A DNA stretch of 64,000 nucleotides from an uncultured Chloroflexia bacterium (GTDB taxonomy: Bacteria > Chloroflexota > Limnocylindria > Limnocylindrales > CSP1-4): the NCBI GenBank assembly GCA_963850555.1, contig CAWKLT010000022.1:66543-130542 (forward strand), read 5' to 3'. The notes beneath the pieces are model-generated. The model made no database searches, was not told where the DNA came from, and saw nothing but the letters and a program-made list of their open reading frames with translations. Of this stretch, positions 50,295-59,286 are shown one piece after another (within the stretch, counting starts at the first letter, position 1; each line of letters opens with the position of its first letter). Both the position numbers and the translations under genes were made by a program.

Positions 50295-51589
50295 CGGGGG
50301 GCCTCGGTCGACGCCGGCTGGGGACGGCGGGCAGGGTCGAAGTCGGACCCGAAGTATCGCATCCCGCTGGTCAGCGGGAGGGTGGCCAGGCGCTCGTGGT
50401 CGCACAGGGCGGATGCCACGATGTCGGTCGCGAGGTCCGTCGCGAGCTCCATGTCGACCGGCCGCAGCAGGCCCTCCTCGCGCCGCGCGACGATCTCGGC
50501 CAGGCGCTTGACCCCGATCCGGCACGGGATGGACTTGCCGCAGGCCTCGTTCGAGCAGAACCGGGTCAGCACGCCGACGAGCTCGAGCAGGTCGGTCCGG
50601 TCGTCGACGACCACGACGGAGCCCGATCCGAGGTGGGCGCCGGCCGCCCGCAAGGGCTCGAAGTCGTAGGGCGTGTCGAGCGCATCGGGTGGCAGCAGCC
50701 CGCCCGACGGGCCGCCGATCAGCACCGCCTTCATCGACCGACCGGCCGGCAGCTTGCCGCCGAGGCCGAGGACCTCGCGCAGCGGCGTGCCGAGCGGGAC
50801 CTCCGCGACCCCGTTCTTGCCGCCGGGCGTGCGTACCTGGACGAGCACCGTGCCCGGGCTGCCGGTCGTGCCGGTCGCCCGGTACGCGGAGGCGCCTTCG
50901 CGCACGATCCAGGGCACGGTGGCCAGGGTCTGGACGTTGTGGACGAGGGTCGGGCGGTCGAAGAGCCCTGATTCGGCCGGGTGCGGTGGTCGTTGCTCGG
51001 GCTGGCCGCGCTTGCCCTCGAGCGCCTTGAGCAGGACGGTCTCCTCGCCGAGCATGTACGCGCCCTGGACCGGGCGGACCGTCATGTGGATGTCGTGCCC
51101 GGAGCCCGAGACGTCCTCCCCGACGAAGCCGGCGTCCGTCGCGGCGCCGATGGCCGCCGACAGGCTCGCGATGACGTCGGCGTCCTCCGATCGAACGGCG
51201 ATGAAGGCCTCGTTCGCGCCGATCGCGTACGCCGCGATGGCCGTGCCTTCGATCACGGAGAACGGGTCCAGGAGCATCAGCGTGCGGTCCGTGTGCGAGG
51301 CAGGGTCCGCCCCGTAGCCGTTCGCGACGACGTAGCGCCGATCGGCGTCCGTGGTGGCCGCGGTCCGCCACTTCTCGCCGGCCGGGAAGCCCGCGCCGCC
51401 ACGCCCGCGCAGCCCGGACTCGGCGATCGTCGCGATGACCGCGGTCGGGCCCAGGTCGCGGATGGCGCGGCGCAGGCCGGCGAAGGCGCCCGCTTCGACG
51501 GCAGCGTCGAGATCCGTCGGGTCCTTGGCGTGCATCCGCCCGAGGAGGATCGTCGGCCATTTGGCCGGCGTCTTCAGGATCTCGGTCAT
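50291..51589 (-). CDS. nuoF: NuoF-like (51 kDa, FMN/NADH-binding type) subunit, divergent
   Basis: ORF 50291..51589, intact. Contains 'GLRGRGGAGFPAGEKW', 'YMLGEETVLLKALEGKRGQPEQRPPHPAESGLFDRPTLVHNVQTLA' and the N3-cluster region 'ACGKSIPCRIG...ALCDH'. Confidence 0.8.
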   Translation of the reverse strand: MTEILKTPAKWPTILLGRMHAKDPTDLDAAVEAGAFAGLRRAIRDLGPTAVIATIAESGLRGRGGAGFPAGEKWRTAATTDADRRYVVANGYGADPASHTDRTLMLLDPFSVIEGTAIAAYAIGANEAFIAVRSEDADVIASLSAAIGAATDAGFVGEDVSGSGHDIHMTVRPVQGAYMLGEETVLLKALEGKRGQPEQRPPHPAESGLFDRPTLVHNVQTLATVPWIVREGASAYRATGTTGSPGTVLVQVRTPGGKNGVAEVPLGTPLREVLGLGGKLPAGRSMKAVLIGGPSGGLLPPDALDTPYDFEPLRAAGAHLGSGSVVVVDDRTDLLELVGVLTRFCSNEACGKSIPCRIGVKRLAEIVARREEGLLRPVDMELATDLATDIVASALCDHERLATLPLTSGMRYFGSDFDPARRPQPASTEAPR

Positions 51590-51590
51590 G

Positions 51591-52268
51591 TCAGGCCCGC
51601 GCCGGAGCGCCGGGGCGCCCGCCCCCGTCCAGCGCGGCGTCGAGCGCCGCGAGATAGGTCGATTCGGCCGGCCGGTGGTCGTCCACGGCCTTCGCCTGCT
51701 CGGCGGACGCCGCCGGCTCGAAGCGCAGGTGCGCGTAGTAGCTCGCCGTGCCGTAGATCATCGCGTACCAGGCACCCGTCTCGTGGCTGATCCGCTTGAG
51801 CGCCGCCACCGGCAGGTAGCCATAGGCGGTCTGGGTCGCCTCGAGGATGTCGAGCATCCGGGCCGGGTCGTGGTCGTGCTCATCGAGGATCGCGTCGACC
51901 TCCGCGAGATCGACCGGGGCGAACGGCAGGTAGGCGGGATCCGGGACCACGCGGCCCGACCGTCGCAGGGCCGATTCCTCGCGCCGCTCCCCGTAGGTCT
52001 CGGCCGCGCCCCAATGGACGTGGTAGCGGCCGCGCGTATCGATGCCGCCCATGTCGATGCACTCGATCGGGCAGGCCTGGGCACACTGGAAGCACGTCTC
52101 GCACTTGAGGGTGCCCCACTCGTCGTAGAGCAGCTGGAGCCGGCCGCGGAACTTGTGCGGGACGTCCTGCCGCACCTCCGGGTACATGATCGTGACCTTC
52201 GGCTCGAAGAACCGGCGCAGCGTCAGCGCCATGCCCTTCACGATGCCGAGGCCCGGGACGAAGCTCAT
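51591..52268 (-). CDS. fusion of the N-terminal half of NuoI (one 4Fe-4S motif) with a NuoE-like N-terminal helical domain
   Basis: ORF 51591..52268. The NuoI-like part is 'GMALTLRRFFEPKVTIMYPEVRQDVPHKFRGRLQLL...KCETCFQCAQACPIECI'. The NuoE-like part is 'MLDILEATQTAYGYLPVAALKRISHETGAWYAMIYGTASYYAHLRFEP'. There is no second CxxCxxCxxxCP motif and no NuoE [2Fe-2S] cysteines. Confidence 0.75.
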   Translation of the reverse strand: MSFVPGLGIVKGMALTLRRFFEPKVTIMYPEVRQDVPHKFRGRLQLLYDEWGTLKCETCFQCAQACPIECIDMGGIDTRGRYHVHWGAAETYGERREESALRRSGRVVPDPAYLPFAPVDLAEVDAILDEHDHDPARMLDILEATQTAYGYLPVAALKRISHETGAWYAMIYGTASYYAHLRFEPAASAEQAKAVDDHRPAESTYLAALDAALDGGGRPGAPARA

Positions 52269-52278
52269 GCGATGCCCC

Positions 52279-53620
52279 TCACCGACCCACGACGACGATC
52301 GCGGCCGCGGTCACGAACAGGTTGAGCAGGGACGCCGGCAGCAGCCACTTCCACGCGAAGTCCATCAGCTGGTCGATGCGGACGCGCGGAAGCGTGCCGC
52401 GCATCCACACGAACGTGAACACCAGCGTGTACGTCTTGAGCATGAACCAGAGGATACCGGCGACCCAGTCGAGCCCGATGTACGCCAACGCACCGAGCAT
52501 CGCAACGATGAACAGGTTGGCCAGCACGAAGCCGGCCAGGAGCGCCTGCCATCCCTTGATGCGTGAGCTCGCGATCCAGAACGGGACGGCGAAGAGGATC
52601 GTCAGGACGACCGGGACGATCGTGGCCAGCAGCAGCAGGCCGATGCCCAGTGAGCCCGGGTCCAGCGACAGTGTCACTGGCCACGGCCACGGGAACGGGC
52701 GCGTTCCAGCCGCCGAGGAACAGCGTGACGAACAACGCGGAGACGATGAACACGTTCACGTACTCGGCGAAGAAGAAGAAGCCGAAGCGCATGCCCGAGT
52801 ACTCGGTCGCGAAGCCGGCGACGATCTCGGAGTCGGCCTCCGTCAGGTCGAACGGGGTGCGGTTGGCCTCGGCGGTCGCGGCGATGAAGAAGATCAGTGC
52901 GGCCAGCGGCTGGCGGAAGATGTACCAATCGGTGAACCAGCCCGCCTGGTTCTCGGCGATCTGGTTCACGCTCATCGTGCCGGCCAGGAGGATCAGCCCG
53001 ACCACCGACAGCACGAGCGGGATCTCGTAGCTGATGACCTGGGCCGCCGCGCGCAGACCACCCAGCAGCGAGTACTTGTTGTAGCTCGACCAGCCCGCCA
53101 TCAACAGCCCGACCACCGACAGGCCGCCGATCGCGAAGAAGTACAGGAGCCCGAGGTTCAGGTCCTGGCCCACGATGCCGTTCGAGAACGGGATGACCAG
53201 CAGGGTCATGACGCTCGCGAGGTAGACGACGACCGGGGCCCAGGTGAAGACGATCGGATCGGCTCCGGTCGGGGTGAAGTCCTCCTTCATGAGGACCTTG
53301 AGCCCGTGGACGACCGACAGGAGCGACCCGAACGGCCCGACCCGGTCCGGCCCGATCCGAAGATTCATCAGGGCGATGATCTTCATCTCCATGTAGATGA
53401 TCAGGAACGCGGTCGGGACCGTCATCAGCAGGACGATCGTCACGGCAACGACGAAGCGGACGATCGGCAGGTTCGCGGCGAGGATGTCGATGATCGGCTC
53501 GCCGAACAGCACGATGCCCGCGACCAGCGCGACCGTCGCGAGCAGCAACAGCGGCACGACCGTGAACACGATCTTGCCGGGCAGCGTCAGCCTGCCCCAA
53601 GACCTCCCGACGACGGTCAT
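52279..53620 (-). CDS. nuoH: NADH-quinone oxidoreductase subunit H (one frame change)
   Basis: ATG 53620 (or GTG 53641) in ORF 52265..53641 ('[21 protein letters not shown]', '[38 protein letters not shown]'). The C-terminus is in ORF 52279..52677 ('[24 protein letters not shown]'). The frame switch is near 52685. Confidence 0.85.
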
Positions 53621-53627
53621 GCGGAGA

Positions 53628-54878
53628 TCACTTGTCGACACCGCCCATGATCGGATCCAGCGAGGCCATCACGGCCATGGTGTCGGCGATCAGATGGCCC
53701 GGGGTCATCACCCCCACCGCCTGCAGGTGGATGAACGAGGGGTCGTGGATCCGCATGCGGAAGGGCTGGTCGGTGCCGTCGCTCACGACGTACGCGGCGT
53801 ACTGGCCGCGCGGGCCCTCGATACCGGCGTACGCGCGCCCCGGGCGCGGGCGGAGCAGACGTGGCAGCTTGGCCATGACCGGCCCGTCCGGCATCTGGTG
53901 CAGGCACTGGTCGATGATCCGCAGGCTCTGCTTGACCTCGTCCATCCGCAGCAGGTAGCGGGCCAGGCAGTCGCCCTCGCTGCGCGTCGGGATGTCGAAG
54001 TCGAGCTCCGGATAGATGCTGTACGGGTGGGCCCGGCGCACATCGAACGGCACGCCCGTCGCGCGCAGGTTCGGGCCGGTCATGACCATCCGGAGCGCCG
54101 CCTTCGAGTCGATCGTGCCCAGGCCGCGCATGCGCCGCACGAAGATCTCGTTCTCGTTGAGGAGGGCGTTGCCCGCCTCGATCTGCTCGGTCGCGTGGCT
54201 CATCCAGTCGCCGAGCCGGCTCATGAACTCGTGGTTGAGGTCGCCGTTGACGCCGCCGATCCTGAAGTAGTTGAACAGCATCCGCTGGCCGGTCAGTGAG
54301 GCGAGCATCTCGACGATCTCGTCGCGCTCGATGAACGACCACAGGATCGGCGTCAGCCCGCCGAGGTCGAGCGCCATCCAGCCGAGGAACAGCGCGTGGC
54401 TGGCCACCCGGTTGAGTTCCGCGGACAGCACGCGGATGTACTCGGCGCGGCGCGGGACCTGAACGTCCATCAGCTTCTCGAACGCCATGACCCCGGGCCA
54501 CTCGCAGAACAGCGAGCTCACATATTCGAGCGGGTCGAGGTAGCAGATCGCCTGGTGGTAGTCGGCGTTCTCGCACAGCTTCTCGACGCCGCGATGGAGG
54601 TAGCCCAAAACCGGATCGAGGTCGACGACCTTCTCACCGTCGAGCTTGAGCACGACCCGGAGCACGCCGTGGGTCGACGGGTGCTGGGGACCCATGTTGA
54701 TGAACATCTCGCCGTCGCCGAGCGTGTAGAACTCGGCCTCGCGCTCGGTCCGGGGTGGGTAGGGCGGGACGGGCTCGAACACGCCGAGGTCGCGATCCAG
54801 CGTGACGCGCGGGTCATCGCTCGGTCCATCGGGCTGCGTGTGGGCGTGGGCGTCGGGGCGGGGCTTCGTCGCGGTCAT
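53628..54878 (-). CDS. nuoD: NADH-quinone oxidoreductase subunit D
   Basis: ORF 53628..54878, intact. Contains 'NMGPQHPSTHGVLRVVLKLDGE', 'GYLHRGVEKL' and 'RIHDPSFIHLQ'. Confidence 0.9.
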   Translation of the reverse strand: MTATKPRPDAHAHTQPDGPSDDPRVTLDRDLGVFEPVPPYPPRTEREAEFYTLGDGEMFINMGPQHPSTHGVLRVVLKLDGEKVVDLDPVLGYLHRGVEKLCENADYHQAICYLDPLEYVSSLFCEWPGVMAFEKLMDVQVPRRAEYIRVLSAELNRVASHALFLGWMALDLGGLTPILWSFIERDEIVEMLASLTGQRMLFNYFRIGGVNGDLNHEFMSRLGDWMSHATEQIEAGNALLNENEIFVRRMRGLGTIDSKAALRMVMTGPNLRATGVPFDVRRAHPYSIYPELDFDIPTRSEGDCLARYLLRMDEVKQSLRIIDQCLHQMPDGPVMAKLPRLLRPRPGRAYAGIEGPRGQYAAYVVSDGTDQPFRMRIHDPSFIHLQAVGVMTPGHLIADTMAVMASLDPIMGGVDK

Positions 54879-54905
54879 GCGGGGTCCTTGGACGTGATGG
54901 CCTGG

Positions 54906-55454
54906 TCAGGCACCGGCCCGGCGGACCGTGGCGGTCGCCGGAGCGTTGCGCGGCGTGTGGGTTCGTTCCATCGGCCGAACGCCCGCCCCGGGCGAGCGGG
55001 CGGCGTCGTCTGGCAGGAAGAAGTCCTTGCGCAAGGGGAAGCTCTGGTAGTCGGGCGGCATGTAGATGCGCCGGAGGTCGCGGTTGCCTTCGAACGTGAT
55101 GCCGAACATGTCGTAGGCCTCGCGCTCCATCCACTCGGCGCCCTTCCACATGAAGGTGACCGACGGCACGCGCGGGTCGTCTCGTGAAAGGCCGTCGGCG
55201 ATGACCCGCAGCCAATCCGGGGTCGTCGCGCTCCACAGGTGGTAGACGACCTGCATGACCTTGCCGGTGTCGACCCCCGCAAGGTCGGCCAGGAACTCGA
55301 AACCGAACGCGGGCTCGTCGTGGAGGGCGGTGATGACCTGCGTGACGTCGCCCGGGCCGATGCGGATCTCGGTCTCGTCGTGTCGCTGGCGGACTGGTCC
55401 GGTCAGCTGGTCGCCGAACCGGGCCTCCAGGCGAGCCTTGAACGCGCGGTCCAT
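54906..55454 (-). CDS. nuoC: NADH-quinone oxidoreductase subunit C
   Basis: ATG 55454 inside ORF 54906..55865. Contains 'WKGAEWMEREAYDMFGITFEGNRDLRRIYMPPD'. Confidence 0.9.
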   Translation of the reverse strand: MDRAFKARLEARFGDQLTGPVRQRHDETEIRIGPGDVTQVITALHDEPAFGFEFLADLAGVDTGKVMQVVYHLWSATTPDWLRVIADGLSRDDPRVPSVTFMWKGAEWMEREAYDMFGITFEGNRDLRRIYMPPDYQSFPLRKDFFLPDDAARSPGAGVRPMERTHTPRNAPATATVRRAGA

Positions 55455-55456
55455 GG

Positions 55457-56224
55457 TCAGACCTGCTCGGGAACGGTCGGCCCGATCGCCCGGTCGGGCC
55501 AGTGCCCGCGGCGGTCCTTGACGAGCTGCTGCAGCTTCATCATCCCGTAGATGAGGCCCTCGGGGCGGGGCGGACAGCCCGGGACGTAGACGTCGACGGG
55601 CATGACCCGGTCGATGCCCTCCACCGTGGAGTAGCTCCGCTTGTAACGCCCGCCTGAACAGGTGCAGTCGCCCATCGCCACGCACCACTTGGGCTCGGGC
55701 ATCTGCTCCCACAGACGGACGAGCGGGCCTGCCATCTTGGTCGTCAGCGTGCCCGCCACGATCAGGACGTCGGCCTGGCGCGGGCTGGCCCGGAACGGGA
55801 ACATGCCCCAGCGGTCCATGTCGTTCTTCGACGTCGCCGCCGACATCATCTCGATGGCGCAACACGCGAGGCCCGACAGCAGCGGCCAGAGGCTGTTCAT
55901 CCGGATGAGGTCGAGCACGTAGTCGGCCTTCGTCGGGATGACCTCGAGGAAGCCGCCCCAGCGCGCATCGTCGTGTCGACCGAGACCGCTCGCCTCGAAC
56001 TCGGCGAGGTGGGTGATGTCGGTCGGGCGCCCGCCGTCGTAGGCCTCCGGATCGGCCGCCTGCCAGAGCGAGTTGGGGACGACGATCGGGACCGTCAGCG
56101 CGTCCGACGGACGGATCGCGGGCAGCCCTGGCTGAGTGGTGGCGTCGGAGCCGATGGCCGTCACGTCGGCCGGCCCGGTCCCGAGGTTCTCGGCCTCGTT
56201 GGCGCCCTTCGACTTCACCGCCAT
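55457..56224 (-). CDS. nuoB: NADH-quinone oxidoreductase subunit B, with ~90 aa N-terminal extension
   Basis: ATG 56224 '[10 protein letters not shown]' inside ORF 55457..56665. Contains '[17 protein letters not shown]', '[10 protein letters not shown]' and 'VPGCPPRPE'. Confidence 0.9.
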   Translation of the reverse strand: MAVKSKGANEAENLGTGPADVTAIGSDATTQPGLPAIRPSDALTVPIVVPNSLWQAADPEAYDGGRPTDITHLAEFEASGLGRHDDARWGGFLEVIPTKADYVLDLIRMNSLWPLLSGLACCAIEMMSAATSKNDMDRWGMFPFRASPRQADVLIVAGTLTTKMAGPLVRLWEQMPEPKWCVAMGDCTCSGGRYKRSYSTVEGIDRVMPVDVYVPGCPPRPEGLIYGMMKLQQLVKDRRGHWPDRAIGPTVPEQV

Positions 56225-56572
56225 GACATGGCCCCCTTGCGCCAGGCGTAGGCCAGGCCCAGCAGGAGGATGCCCACGAAGATCAGCATGCTGACCAGGC
56301 CGCCCAGCAGCAGCGAGTCGAAGGCGATCGCCCACAGGTAGATGAAGATGACCTCGATGTCGAACGCGACGAACAGCAGGGCGTAGATGTAGAACGACAG
56401 GCCGAACCGGCCATGGGTGTCGCCGTACGTGTCGATGCCCGGATTCGTAGGGCAGGCCCTTGTGCACGTCGCCGCGGTTGCGGTGGGACACGAGCCACGC
56501 GGCGGCGATCGTCAGGAACACGAAGGACACGCCCGCGAAGGCGAAGCCGATGACGTACCAGATCCCGGTCAA
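56215..56572 (-). CDS. nuoA: NADH-quinone oxidoreductase subunit A (one frame change)
   Basis: TTG 56572 preceded by 'aagggag' (or GTG 56665) in the frame of ORF 55457..56665 ('[20 protein letters not shown]...HKGLPYESG'). After a frame switch near 56445 it reads '[36 protein letters not shown]...[10 protein letters not shown]'. In 'tccgggcatc' one g fewer would restore the frame. Confidence 0.8.
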
Positions 56573-56678
56573 GCCAACTCCCTTGGAGCGACGCGTGTTC
56601 CGTTCCGCGAGGATCGGATCAAGGGATCCGTCGAGGCGGCGGGCAGGGGGCGGCAAGAGTGCCACTCACGCCATGCAC

Positions 56679-56684
56679 ATTCTA
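56679..56684 (-). promoter_or_regulatory. candidate -10 hexamer TAGAAT upstream of nuoA
   Basis: The minus strand reads 'gctgcTAGAATgtgcatggcg', about 100 nt upstream of the TTG start of nuoA. No convincing -35 was seen. Confidence 0.2.
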
Positions 56685-56939
56685 GCAGCGGGCACGTGTG
56701 GACCGGGGTCGCGGAGGGCCGGCGGCGGTGGGCGGCCGGATCGACTCGAGGAGGACGTCGAACCGGCTGGTCGTCGGCCCCCGACGAGTGCGTCAGGGCC
56801 GACGAGACACCAGCCCGGGGGCGGACTGCGCCGAGCGCGCGTGCAGGATCGCATCCCGCCCCCCGGCGGTGTGGTCGCAGGGCGACCGGGTCAAGCGTGA
56901 CGATGCAGGGGGCGGTGCCGCAATACGGCATGTTCCCTA

Positions 56940-58198
56940 TTACGAACGTAAGCCGGGGAGGCTCAGCGGCGACGATCCGGGCGGGCCGGGAGGCGGTACG
57001 AGAACAGCCCGAGCGGCGGCGCCTCCGTCGTGCGTCGCGGGCCAGGCCCGGCCGAACGCCATCACCTGGAACCGTCCCATCGCCGCCGGGTCCAGCAGGC
57101 GCATGAGCGCGGACCGGACGAGGGCGTAGTCCTCGAAGGTCGTGGCCGGATCGGCCTGGATCGCCTGCAGGCGTGCCTCGATGCCGAGACCCATGAGCGC
57201 CTCGGCCTGGGTCGTGATCCCGATCGTGGTGAGGCCCGCGGCGTGGGCCGCACGTTCCACGGCCGTCACGTCGACATGGGCGGTCAGGTCCTGGCGGCCG
57301 ACATGCCGGTACGGGATCGTCGTGGACCTGGTGACGGACGTAGGCGCGCAACGTCCCGTCGCGCCGGCGGACCGGGTCGTAGAGGTCTGCGGCCGGCGCG
57401 CCGTAGTCGATCAGGAGGAGCACGCCGCGGGCGATGGACGCCGCGGCCGCGGCGATCCACTCGTCCAGTGCGAGGCAGATCTCGGCCGTCTGTCCGTCGA
57501 CCAGCTCGATGCCCTCGTTCGCCAGGCGATCTGCGAGGGCGGGCGTGGACGGGTCGATCTCGACCTCCACGAGGGCGTCTTCCGGACCCAGGTCGACCGC
57601 GACTTCCAGCAGCGAATCGCCGCGACGACGGACCCGATGGACCGGCAGGGCGTCGAGCACCTCGTTCGCGAGCACGATGCCATCGCGGCCGGTCTCGCCC
57701 GGCTTGGCGAGTACATCGTCCCGACCGGCGTGGGCGAAGCGCGACGCGAGCGCCTCGATGCGACCTGGTTCGATCTCGACCGGCGCGTAGCGGATCGCAT
57801 CGAGCAACGGCGACCGAACGCGGTCGAGCTCGTTCGAGGATGGCCAGACCGAGCGTGCCGGTCCCCGCCCCGTGCTCGTGGAGCACGAACGGGGTCGGTT
57901 CGCCAAGGCGTCGCCAGATCTCCTCGATCCCGCTCGCGAGCGTCTGGCCGAAGATCGGGTGCAGCTCGGGGGCGGTGATGAAGTCGCCCTCGCGCCCGGG
58001 CCGAGCCGAGGCGGCGCGGTAGTAGCCGCCTTCTGGCGCGTAGAGGGCGAGCTCCATGAACCGCGCGAAGGGCATCGGGCCGGTGGCGCGGATCTCGTCC
58101 CGCATGCGATCCAGGAGTGCGGCGTCTTCGCCGACGTCGCTGAGGTCGGTCGGCGGGTCGTGGCGCAGCCCTGGCCGGATGTCGTCCATCACGACGGC
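56940..58198 (-). CDS. MidA/NDUFAF7-family (DUF185) SAM-dependent methyltransferase (two or three frame changes)
   Basis: ATG 58198 in the frame of ORF 57284..59371 ('MPFARFMELALYAPEGGYYRAASARPGREGDFITAPELHPIFGQTLA...HEHGAGTGTLG'). The middle is in ORF 56569..57906 ('IVLANEVLDALPVH...LLLIDYGAPAADLY...GTLRAY'). The end is in ORF 56940..57269 ('HVDMTAVERAAHAAGLTTIGITTQAEAL'). Frame switches lie near 57835 and 57310. Confidence 0.7.
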
Positions 58199-59263
58199 CT
58201 CGAGCCGCGCCGGCCCAGCGCGAGACGCAGGCCCGGACCGACCAGCGTGTGCCCACCGAGCAGGACCGGGATGGGAGCGTCCGCGGCCGCGCGCGTCAGC
58301 GCCCGCAGCCACGGGTCGACGATCCGCTCGTGGAGCAGGAGGTCGGAGGCGTGGCGGTCCTCGGCGGACGGCCAACGGATCTGGTCGGCGCCCAGGCGGT
58401 GGGCGAGGAGCACCCGGCTGTCGATGACGGCGGCCTCGCCGAGGCGCGCCAGGTGCTCCCCGAGCGACGACGGTCCGTCCCGATCGAGCAGGGCACCGAG
58501 CACGCTCGCCGCCGGGCGCTGGCCCGGCTGGCTCGTGCGCATCCCGCGTTCCTCGATGATGGCTCGCGTCCGAGCGGCGCCGGATCGCTCCAGCCACGCG
58601 AGCGCCCCGGGCGAGGTCCGTCCGGCGACGACGACCTCGGCGGTGCCATCGGCGACGACGCCCCGGATCGCCGTCGAGCCGCGTCTCGACGCGCTCCCGG
58701 TCGGCGGCGGTCAGTCCGCCGGACCATCGATCACCGAGGAGCACGAGGTCGAGCGGGCCGTCGATGTCGACGCCCAGCCGCCATCGCTGGCGAAGGTCGG
58801 CGACCGGCACGCCCGCGACCTCGTCGAGCCAGCGCGGCAGCATGTTGTCGCTCGGCAGATCCGGGAGGCCGGCGAGGGCGTCGCTGGCGCGAGCGATGGC
58901 CACGATGTCGGCCGAGTAGCGGTTGTTCGCGAGCGCGCCCGGTCGGTCCGCGGCGGCGGCCGCGACGAAGGATCGACGGTCGGCCGCGCTCAGGAGGGGG
59001 ACCGCGCCCGAGCCCAGGACGACGAGCCCGCCCGGTCCGGCGTCATCGAGCAGGCCCCGGAGCCGGGCACCGAACGTGGTGTCGTCCGGGGGACCGGCCA
59101 GGACGCTGGCGCGCGCAGCGCCTGCGGCGAGGAACCCCGACCGATGCCGTTCCGCGAGTCCGGCCCGGGCGTCGGCCACAGCGCGGACGAGCGGCCCGGC
59201 GTCCGGTCCCGCCTCCGGGTGGAGGATCGCGACGGCCACGTCGTTCAGGGGCGGTGCATCCAC
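58189..59263 (-). CDS. hypothetical protein (one frame change); start uncertain
   Basis: N-terminal part is in ORF 57284..59371 ('NDVAVAILHPEAG...GGLVVLGSGAVPLLSAADRRSF...ANNRYSADIVAI'). C-terminal part is in ORF 58189..58542 ('LGEHLARLGEAAVIDSRVLLAHRLGADQIRW'). Its 3' end overlaps the midA-like start by 10 nt. Confidence 0.4.
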
Positions 59264-59286
59264 CGCCGGATAGTAAGGTGCGGCCG

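Noticed and set aside
47633-50971. Very long plus-strand ORF (1112 aa) antisense to the nuo genes. Similar giants occur at 4513..7410 (965 aa), 24865..27303 (812 aa), 49683..51560 (625 aa), 43217..44956 (579 aa) and 12432..14510 (692 aa).
   Set aside because: These are shadow ORFs of a very GC-rich genome. Their translations are monotonous Arg/Pro/Gly/Ala/Asp strings, and they overlap genes with clear family motifs in another frame or strand. Only short stretches of them are meaningful, where they coincide with a frameshifted real gene.
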